32,000 nucleotides of DNA, taken from Acaryochloris marina MBIC11017. Its GTDB lineage: Bacteria > Cyanobacteriota > Cyanobacteriia > Thermosynechococcales > Thermosynechococcaceae. The DNA is taken from the NCBI RefSeq assembly GCF_000018105.1, contig NC_009925.1:60001-92000 (forward strand), in the 5' to 3' direction. The position numbers and the translations under genes are program-made. Below, piece after piece: positions 25,674 to 32,000 of this stretch (positions within the stretch are counted from its first letter, which is position 1; each line of letters opens with the position of its first letter). The notes under the pieces are model-generated. The model saw nothing but the letters and a program-made list of their open reading frames with translations, searched no databases and was not told the DNA's origin.

Positions 25674-26513
25674 ATGCCTATCTTAGTTGTTCTCGCCCTA
25701 CTTATCGCCCTGATTGCTATCCTATTTGCGTTGCAAAATGCTTATTCGGTTCCGGTCAGCTTTTTAATTTGGCGATTTGACGGTTCTTTAGCCCTTATTC
25801 TCCTGCTAACGCTAACCTTAGGGGTGATTATCGGCTTGTTGGTCACAACTCCCACCATCATTAAACGGGGGTGGGTTTCTTCTCGCCAGAAGCGGCAACT
25901 AAGTCAGCTAGAAGAAGACTATCAAGGGCAAGCGCAAGATGCATCTAGCCAGAAGAAAAAGCTTGATTTGATGCATTCGGCCCAGATGCATCTATTTTCA
26001 GCTCTTAGATTAACGGAACCCAAAACTGGACTATTGGAATATCAACTGCTGGATCAGGTTCTCACCCATACCTTGAATAACTTGAACCCTGATTCGGCCT
26101 GGCATCGCTCGATCTGCTTATTTGTGATGGATATTGATGATGCCCCTAGTTCTAATGATGGCAAAGCCAGAGCGGTTTGGCCGATCATTACTGATCGGAT
26201 ACAGCGTCAGCTTTCTCCACGCAGCTGGCTTCATTTTGATGGTGGCCATCGTTTGTATTGCGTCACCCTAGGAATGGCCATTGAAGCAGCGGCTGACTAC
26301 GGAGAATTTCTATCCACAACTTTAGATGCCCCCTTACAGCTCGTGGATGCGTCAGAGATCTCTGTGAGCTTGAAGATTGGGGGTGCGATCGCAAGAAACA
26401 ACACCACCGTTACCAGTCAACAGCTTATTTCCCAAGCCGAGCAAATGCTAGAGAAATCAAGTCTTTGGGGACGGAGTCGCTTTCGCATGGTGGAGGCAGG
26501 TGCTTCTTCTTAG
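25674..26513 (+). CDS. membrane protein with an N-terminal LapA/DUF1049-like domain and a C-terminal degenerate GGDEF-like domain
   Basis: The N-terminus MPILVVLALLIALIAILFALQN...VSFLIWRFDGSLALILLLTLTLGVIIGLL has the two-TM LapA_dom pattern. The C-terminus aligns by eye to GGDEF. EPKTGLLEYQ aligns with DPLTGL.NRR. ICLFVMDIDD aligns with the DID.FK block. HFDGGHRLYCVTL aligns with RYGGEEFvviL, with GGHRL at 26241-26255. VSLKIGGAI aligns with vTiSiGva, and AEQMLEKSSLWGRSRF aligns with AD.ALY.AK..GRN. Confidence 0.6.
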   Translation: MPILVVLALLIALIAILFALQNAYSVPVSFLIWRFDGSLALILLLTLTLGVIIGLLVTTPTIIKRGWVSSRQKRQLSQLEEDYQGQAQDASSQKKKLDLMHSAQMHLFSALRLTEPKTGLLEYQLLDQVLTHTLNNLNPDSAWHRSICLFVMDIDDAPSSNDGKARAVWPIITDRIQRQLSPRSWLHFDGGHRLYCVTLGMAIEAAADYGEFLSTTLDAPLQLVDASEISVSLKIGGAIARNNTTVTSQQLISQAEQMLEKSSLWGRSRFRMVEAGASS

Positions 26514-26571
26514 TCGACAGCCTTTCAGATAGCTCTATATTTTTAACCCATAACCTGCTTCCAAAACACCT

Positions 26572-26574
26572 TCA
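26572..26574. repeat. IS5-family target-site duplication, left copy (tca)
   Basis: tca immediately precedes the left inverted repeat and immediately follows the right one (27473-27475). This fits the TNA duplications of small IS5-family elements. Confidence 0.6.
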
Positions 26575-27472
26575 GAGGCTGTTTGAGAAGTGAGTAAAGC
26601 TCTCAAGGTACTAATCTGTCAATACACAAACATTGGACAGGACCTAGAGAGCAATGCCTACAGCATATGATAGCGACCTCACCACCCTCCAATGGGAATT
26701 ACTTGAGCCCTTGATTCCTGCTGCTAAACCTGGAGGTAGACCTCGCACCACTGATATGCTCAGTGTTCTCAATGCCATTTTTTATCTTGTGGTTACGGGT
26801 TGTCAGTGGAGACAACTACCCCATGATTTTCCCTGTTGGTCAACGGTCTATAGCTATTTTCGAAGGTGGCGCGATGATGGGACTTGGGTCCACATCAATG
26901 AACATCTGCGCATGCAAGAGCGGGTGAGTGAAGACCGTCATCCAAGTCCCAGTGCCGCCATCTGCGATGCTCAATCGGTTAAAGTCGGCAATCCTCGGTG
27001 TCACTCGATTGGGTTTGATGGTGGGAAAATGGTCAAAGGTCGTAAACGTCATGTGCTCGTTGATACTTTAGGGCTGGTTTTGATGGTGATGGTCACTGCT
27101 GCCAATATCTCTGACCAACGAGGGGCCAAAATACTGTTTTGGAAAGCTCGACGCCAAGGTGCGAGTTTGTCCCGTCTAGTTCGCATATGGGCCGATGCTG
27201 GCTATCAAGGACAAGCTTTGATGAAGTGGGTAATGGACCGTTTTCAATATGTCTTGGAAGTAGTCAAACGCTCAGATAATCTTGCGGGGTTTCAGGTTGT
27301 TTCCAAACGATGGATTGTAGAACGGACGTTTGGATGGTTGTTGTGGTCTCGACGTCTTAATAAAGATTATGAGGTGCTGACCAGAACAGCTGAAGCGCTC
27401 GCATATGTGGCGATGATTCGACTCATGGTTCGAAGGCTAGCGCAGGAGCACTAAAACTTCTCAAACAGCCTC
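26575..27472 (+). mobile_element. intact IS5-family insertion sequence (898 bp)
   Basis: The 16-bp terminal inverted repeats are perfect: gaggctgtttgagaag (26575-26590) and cttctcaaacagcctc (27457-27472). It has a single 266-aa DDE transposase ORF and a 3-bp tca direct repeat. Confidence 0.9.
26654..27454 (+). CDS. IS5-family DDE transposase (DUF4096 N-terminal plus DDE_Tnp_1-like)
   Basis: DLTTLQWELLEPLIPAAKPGGRPRTTDMLSVLNAIFYLVVTGCQWRQLPHDFPCWSTVYSYFRRWRDDGTW, followed by ...ICDAQSVK...GKMVKGRKRHVLVDTLGLVL...WADAGYQG...RWIVERTFGWL...RRLNKDYE. These are hallmark motifs of this transposase group. Confidence 0.95.
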   Translation: MPTAYDSDLTTLQWELLEPLIPAAKPGGRPRTTDMLSVLNAIFYLVVTGCQWRQLPHDFPCWSTVYSYFRRWRDDGTWVHINEHLRMQERVSEDRHPSPSAAICDAQSVKVGNPRCHSIGFDGGKMVKGRKRHVLVDTLGLVLMVMVTAANISDQRGAKILFWKARRQGASLSRLVRIWADAGYQGQALMKWVMDRFQYVLEVVKRSDNLAGFQVVSKRWIVERTFGWLLWSRRLNKDYEVLTRTAEALAYVAMIRLMVRRLAQEH

Positions 27473-27475
27473 TCA
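27473..27475. repeat. IS5-family target-site duplication, right copy (tca)
   Basis: Matches 26572-26574. Confidence 0.6.
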
Positions 27476-27744
27476 TTACTCCCCTAGCCGCCCCATCCTC
27501 TTTTACTGAAAATGGCAAGAATTGTTTCAGTTAAGGGGGACACCTGTTTTATTTCTTAGAATAGGGAGTATAAATCTTTCCCCAAACATTTTTTAGTTAT
27601 AGGTCTCGCAGACTTCAAGCATCTCGCTTGGACAGTTTTTTTGTAGGTATTTATTCTTAGCACTGTAATAGAACTAGAAACACCTGTTGCTCACAGTCAG
27701 GGGCAGATTTTCTGCACCTAAGATTTAAGAAATTAGGTTTAATT

Positions 27745-28260
27745 ATGCTTATCACTTCTCACCGTTCCTGGCTTTTTCCCACTCTATTAATAACCGTTCT
27801 TTTATCAGTAGGTAGCGGGCAAGGCAGCTATGCTAAACCCCATACTCATCCATCTCCATTAGAAAACATTGCCCTTTCCAGAGAAGATCAATCGCAAATT
27901 TTATTCTCAACAGGAATTCAGAAAGCCTTGAATGGAGATTATGTCCACGCCATTCAAGACTATGACCAAGCCCTACAGCTCGCCCCCAGTAATTCAGAAG
28001 TCTATTACAACCGAGGCGTTGCCTATTTTTCCATTAATCGACCACAAAGCGCCCTTCGTGACTTTAGCCAAGCCATTGCTCTACAGCCCAATATGGCCGA
28101 AGCCTATGGCAATCGAGGCTTGATTCGCCAAACCTTGGGTGACCGTAAAGGGGCTATCGCTGATTACCAACAGGCTAAGCAGCTGTTTCAAAAAAGTGGG
28201 AACCAGCCTGCAGCAGAGCAAATGGAGCATTGGATCGATCAGCAAGGGACACCTCAATAG
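27745..28260 (+). CDS. secreted tetratricopeptide-repeat (TPR) protein
   Basis: It has a signal peptide (LFPTLLITVLLSVGSGQGSYA). Three consecutive TPR units follow (ALNGDYVHAIQDYDQALQLAPSNSEVYYNRGVAY..., ...ALRDFSQAIALQPNMAEAYGNRGLI..., ...GAIADYQQAKQLF). Confidence 0.8.
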   Translation: MLITSHRSWLFPTLLITVLLSVGSGQGSYAKPHTHPSPLENIALSREDQSQILFSTGIQKALNGDYVHAIQDYDQALQLAPSNSEVYYNRGVAYFSINRPQSALRDFSQAIALQPNMAEAYGNRGLIRQTLGDRKGAIADYQQAKQLFQKSGNQPAAEQMEHWIDQQGTPQ

Positions 28261-28340
28261 CTTGATTGGGCCAGGGGCAGTATTTGCACCAGGTTACAGT
28301 AGATCTATCCTGGATTTACTCAACAGCCTTATGATCACCT

Positions 28341-29213
28341 ATGGCCTTTAATTTACCTAAACGTCAGACTTCGGGTTCTGTCGTCTGTTTTTCTTGTCAG
28401 AAACTGGTTTCTATTGAACAAGAAGAATGCCCACAATGTGGTCAGGTGAATCCCGGCTTATGGGGATATGCACGTCCCATTCGCAGAGTAGGGGCCGATT
28501 TTGGTTTTATCAAAATTGTGATCATCGGGTGTATTGCCCTTTATTTGATCACACTATTATTTGATCTTCCTGGCATTCGGTCAGAAGGAGTTATGAACCT
28601 TTTAATGCCGAGTTCCTATAGTTTGCTAATTTTCGGCTCTACGGGTTCCGTTCCCATCTTTGAATGGGGTCGATGGTGGACGGTACTTAGTTCGGGTTGG
28701 CTCCATGGGGGGCTGTGGCATTTAGGGTTCAATATGGCCTGGTTAAACTATCTTTCACCAATGGTGGCAAAGGGGTATGGGGCGGGTCGATTAGTGAGTA
28801 TCTATACATTCACAACCCTAACCAGCTCATTACTCACCAGTTTTGTCGCTCAGTATTGGACTTCTTTGCCACCATCGTTTAGGGGATCAAACTTCAGTGT
28901 CGGTGCTTCTGGCGGCGTTTTTGGCCTTCTGGGAGCACTGGTGATTTATGGCCAACGGGCTCATAAACGACAGGTTTTGCAACAAGCCCTGACGTTAACC
29001 ATTATTTCGTTTGTACTGTCAGCCTTTGTTGGCAGAGTAGACAATTGGGGACATTTAGGCGGATTTATAGGTGGGTATCTAATCGGACTAACCTCGTGGT
29101 TTAACCCCAATCAACCTCAGAGTCTTTACCATCTGGGAATTGCCATTGGCGCATTGGTGGTGACCTTTGTCAGTATCATTCTGTCTCCTGTTCATGCACT
29201 GTTGATTGGATAA
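28341..29213 (+). CDS. rhomboid-family intramembrane serine protease with an N-terminal zinc ribbon
   Basis: The N-terminus is C-x2-C...C-x2-C (CFSCQKLVSIEQEECPQCG). The rhomboid motifs are WWTVLSSGWLHGGLWHLGFNM, the catalytic GASGGVFGL and the downstream HLGGFIGG. Confidence 0.85.
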   Translation: MAFNLPKRQTSGSVVCFSCQKLVSIEQEECPQCGQVNPGLWGYARPIRRVGADFGFIKIVIIGCIALYLITLLFDLPGIRSEGVMNLLMPSSYSLLIFGSTGSVPIFEWGRWWTVLSSGWLHGGLWHLGFNMAWLNYLSPMVAKGYGAGRLVSIYTFTTLTSSLLTSFVAQYWTSLPPSFRGSNFSVGASGGVFGLLGALVIYGQRAHKRQVLQQALTLTIISFVLSAFVGRVDNWGHLGGFIGGYLIGLTSWFNPNQPQSLYHLGIAIGALVVTFVSIILSPVHALLIG

Positions 29214-29383
29214 ACCGTTTGTGCCAGAAAATTTAATTCGACAATTACCCTTTTAAAAAATTTTGACGATTTAGGTTTCTTGCTTCAAGTTGAAAAAAAG
29301 AAAAAACATAAATTAGCCTTAATCCATCTTCTATTCAATAGAGAAACGCATATTTTTTACTAAATTATTTATAGAAATCAATA

Positions 29384-29400
29384 TATACTGGATCAGTATA
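29384..29400. promoter_or_regulatory. palindrome tatactg-gat-cagtata upstream of the phosphohexomutase gene
   Basis: 7-bp perfect arms with a 3-nt spacer, within a 400-bp very AT-rich spacer about 250 nt upstream of the CDS. Confidence 0.2.
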
Positions 29401-29646
29401 AAAAACTTAAAAGCTCCTCCTTAAAATAAGAAGATATATCCCTTTCTGGTATTGCACGGATAAAAATCTAGGGGTTCAAAACCTCTCAAATCTGGGAATC
29501 TTGTTTCATGCAGAATTTGAGATCATACTTGCTTCTCTCTCGCTGCCTAAACCTGTTCGTTCTCGACTATTAATCAAAGCTGTATATTTTACGGGGGATC
29601 ATTTTCTCGGGGCATGATGGGGGTTGTACTGAACTTGCGATCGCAT

Positions 29647-31185
29647 ATGACCCTGACCGCATTTAACTGGCCTCAACTTCAGAATGGTTCAGATATTCGA
29701 GGCGTTGCATTAGAGGGGGTTGAAGGGGAAGCCGTAAACCTAACCCCAGAGATCGCCCAGATCCTAGGAATGGCTTTTGTCCATTGGCTCTCCCAAACTC
29801 TGAATAAATCTACTAGTGAACTAACCGTTGGTGTGGGTCGAGATAGCCGCATTTCTGGCCCCACTTTGATGGACGCTGTTCTGGCCGGAATTACCAAAAT
29901 GGGGAGTAACGGCTATAACTTTGGGTTAGCCTCCACCCCAGCCATGTTTAAAAGCACGGTTACCGATGGCTTTAACTGTGATGGGGCTATTATGCTAACC
30001 GCCAGTCATTTGCCCTTTAATCGCAATGGCCTCAAGTTCTTTACCGCCCAAGGGGGCCTAGGCAAAGGCGATATCACCCAAATCCTCAGTCTGGCTGCTG
30101 AGCAGACATTTGAAAAAGCTGCAGATCCGGGTCAGGTGTCTGAGCATAACTTTATTGGCGTGTACGCAGCAGAACTCGTCAGCCAGATTCGCGCAGCCGT
30201 TAATCATCCAGATCAGTTTGAGCAACCCTTGCAAGGGCTCCACATTGTGGTCGATGCTGGCAATGGAGCTGGAGGGTTTTATGCGGAGCAAGTCTTAAAG
30301 CCCCTGGGAGCAGATATAACGGGCAGTCAATTCTTAGACCCAGATGGCACGTTCCCCAACCATATTCCAAATCCTGAGAACAAAGAAGCAATGGCGGCCA
30401 TTTGCCAAGCCGTAACAGAACAGCAGGCTGACTTTGGCATTATTTTCGATACAGATGTTGATCGGGCTGCTGCTGTCGATCATTTGGGTCAAGACCTCAA
30501 TCGCAATCGGCTAATTGCCTTGATCTCTGCTGTGGTATTGAGAGAACATCCGGGCTCCACCATTGTTACGGATTCCATTACCTCCGATGGGCTCTCCCAA
30601 TTTATTGGAGATGAGTTAGGCGGCGTCCATCATCGGTTTAAGCGGGGCTACAAAAATGTGATCAATGAGTCCGTTCGCTTAAACCAATCTGGTCAAGAAT
30701 CTTGGTTAGCCATTGAGACCTCCGGTCACGGGGCGATGAAGGAGAACTATTTTCTGGATGATGGGGCTTATTTGATCAGTAAACTGCTTGTCGAACTGGC
30801 TAAGTCTAAGATGGCAGGTCGCAACATCACGGACTTGATCGCCAACCTCACAGAACCTCAGGAAAGTGAAGAATATCGCATCAAGATCCAGACGGATGAT
30901 TTTAAAGCCCATGGCAACTCGGTGATTTCTAAGTTAGAAGAATTTGCTGGTCAACAAACAGACTGGCAGATCGTTCCCAATAACTATGAAGGGATTCGGA
31001 TCGCCTTAAACTCGCCCTCAGAGCAAGGCTGGTTGTTACTGCGATTATCACTCCACGATCCCGTTTTACCTCTAAATATTGAATCCAATGTAGAGGGAGG
31101 TGTGGCCAGTATTTCGGCTAAACTCACTTCCTTTTTCCAAAGTATCGATGGACTGAACTTGCCTCCAGAGCTTATCAGTTCCTAG
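29647..31185 (+). CDS. phosphomannomutase/phosphoglucomutase family (alpha-D-phosphohexomutase)
   Basis: The active-site loop is MLTASHLPFNRNG, the metal-binding loop is FDTDVDRAA, and the sugar/phosphate-binding regions are ETSGHGA and RLSLHDP. The start could be ATG 29647 (MTLTAFNW...) or ATG 29614, and I prefer 29647. Confidence 0.85.
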   Translation: MTLTAFNWPQLQNGSDIRGVALEGVEGEAVNLTPEIAQILGMAFVHWLSQTLNKSTSELTVGVGRDSRISGPTLMDAVLAGITKMGSNGYNFGLASTPAMFKSTVTDGFNCDGAIMLTASHLPFNRNGLKFFTAQGGLGKGDITQILSLAAEQTFEKAADPGQVSEHNFIGVYAAELVSQIRAAVNHPDQFEQPLQGLHIVVDAGNGAGGFYAEQVLKPLGADITGSQFLDPDGTFPNHIPNPENKEAMAAICQAVTEQQADFGIIFDTDVDRAAAVDHLGQDLNRNRLIALISAVVLREHPGSTIVTDSITSDGLSQFIGDELGGVHHRFKRGYKNVINESVRLNQSGQESWLAIETSGHGAMKENYFLDDGAYLISKLLVELAKSKMAGRNITDLIANLTEPQESEEYRIKIQTDDFKAHGNSVISKLEEFAGQQTDWQIVPNNYEGIRIALNSPSEQGWLLLRLSLHDPVLPLNIESNVEGGVASISAKLTSFFQSIDGLNLPPELISS

Positions 31186-31199
31186 AAACTGGCAGCTTC

Positions 31200-32000
31200 C
31201 TAGACCTGGGGGGTAGAAGGGCATTGTTCCGTCTGTACAGCTTCTATTTTTAAAACCGTGATCGGTGCAGGCAAGCTACCTTCTTTCAACTGGAAGGCCA
31301 AGTTTTTTGCCGTCTCCAAATCAAAGTTGCCAGTAATGACCGCAGCTCCCCCAGAAATCCCTGTTTTAGCAAACTGAGAGGAAACAGTTGCTTCACTTAA
31401 TAGTTGATCGTCCAGAAAAAAGCCGATGGGTCGCTGGGTACCAGCCATTTTCTGAGTGATTTGCTCAAATTGTTCAGCACCTTGGGCATCAAACCGGAGC
31501 GTGACATCCCAAAGATGCCCCACAGAAGCAATCTGGTACGATGCATCAATCAAATTCTTATCGGTTAACACGGGCGGGCCATATAGTTTTTTGTAGATCT
31601 GGGCTAGCTGCTTTTCAATTTGACGGAGATCGGATGACTTTGCGTCCAATTTAGGTTGAAGCTCTATCTTTTGAAGTATCAGGGATTCGGTTTGAGGAGT
31701 CGTTGGATTGTGTAGACGAAACGTTAAATGAGATCGCTGAGTGATTCGCTGCAAAGCTTGGCGTTGATCCAGCTGACTAGGCAGCTGAATTAAAAATTGA
31801 TCGGGGGGCAGGGGGATAAAACCAACCGATACCTGTCCCAGATTCAACAATCGCTCCCTTAAAACCGTTTGAACTTGGTCAAAGGCTTGCTCACGAGATA
31901 TCTTGTCTTCGTAGGCTTCTCCCATTCGAAGCGTAAGTTCAGTGCCTTGAAAGGGGCATAGTTGTGTAGAAGAAACGGTTGGAGGGATAGAAATCGGAAA
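31200..32000 (-). CDS. SecD P1-head-domain-like protein lacking the SecD transmembrane bundle (partial, 5' end probably outside window)
   Basis: ...VTLRFDAQGAEQFEQITQKMAGTQRPIGFFLDDQLLSEATVSSQFAKTGISGGAAVITGNFDLETAKNLAFQLKEGSLPAPITVLKIE resembles the periplasmic P1 head of SecD (IvLDg.viSaP.v...I.gG.a.ItG.fs..EA..LA..L..GaLP.P). The frame stays open upstream of the ATG at 31925 to the window end, with no stop in 31926-32000. The stop codon is 14 nt from the convergent PMM stop. Confidence 0.6.
   Translation of the reverse strand, partial: FPISIPPTVSSTQLCPFQGTELTLRMGEAYEDKISREQAFDQVQTVLRERLLNLGQVSVGFIPLPPDQFLIQLPSQLDQRQALQRITQRSHLTFRLHNPTTPQTESLILQKIELQPKLDAKSSDLRQIEKQLAQIYKKLYGPPVLTDKNLIDASYQIASVGHLWDVTLRFDAQGAEQFEQITQKMAGTQRPIGFFLDDQLLSEATVSSQFAKTGISGGAAVITGNFDLETAKNLAFQLKEGSLPAPITVLKIEAVQTEQCPSTPQV

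Noticed and set aside
29470-29486. tRNA T-arm-like sequence aggggTTCAAAAcctct in the AT-rich spacer
   Set aside because: The flanking sequence does not form an acceptor stem. The 3' side caaatct has no complementary agatttg 60-70 nt upstream, and no D-arm or anticodon arm can be drawn.
1-32000. CRISPR arrays, rRNA genes, tRNA genes and long tandem repeats
   Set aside because: Reading both strands, I found no regularly spaced direct repeats of 25-40 bp and no rRNA-like or tRNA-like conserved blocks. The only repeats seen are IS termini, HIP1 octamers and short palindromes.

Overview
The window looks like cyanobacterial chromosome. The octamer GCGATCGC (HIP1) occurs at least 10 times, whereas well under one copy is expected by chance. 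I cannot assign a genus from the sequence alone. Most of the window is ordinary core gene content: typA/bipA, a 1576-aa multi-PAS/GAF hybrid histidine kinase followed by a REC-GGDEF response regulator, a YjbQ-family protein, a FutA/IdiA-type Fe(III)-binding protein, an MscS-family channel, a 1736-aa TamB homologue, corA, a TPR protein, a rhomboid protease and a phosphomannomutase/phosphoglucomutase.

Three different insertion sequences are present. One is an rve-type IS end at the left window edge. The second is an intact IS256-family element with 26-bp imperfect inverted repeats and a 7-bp direct repeat. The third is an intact 898-bp IS5-family element with perfect 16-bp inverted repeats and a TCA duplication.

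The most unusual locus is 21.3-24.2 kb. It holds a strongly AT-rich, short (727 aa) two-partner-secretion (TPS/haemagglutination-activity domain) exoprotein with no TpsB transporter in the window. A G+C-normal 162-aa gene follows it. That gene's product is essentially a signal peptide plus a copy of the exoprotein's Cys-bounded C-terminal module.

Other items worth a second look:
- a MafI-like orphan immunity gene in an IS-scarred islet, next to a Cas4/RecB-type nuclease remnant
- a LapA-domain membrane protein fused to a degenerate GGDEF domain (GGHRL)
- a SecD P1-head-like protein with no room for the SecD membrane bundle
- a zinc-ribbon/QF-repeat membrane protein that is probably co-transcribed with a small cupin

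I found no rRNA, tRNA or CRISPR array. All family assignments come from motif recognition by eye, not from database searches.
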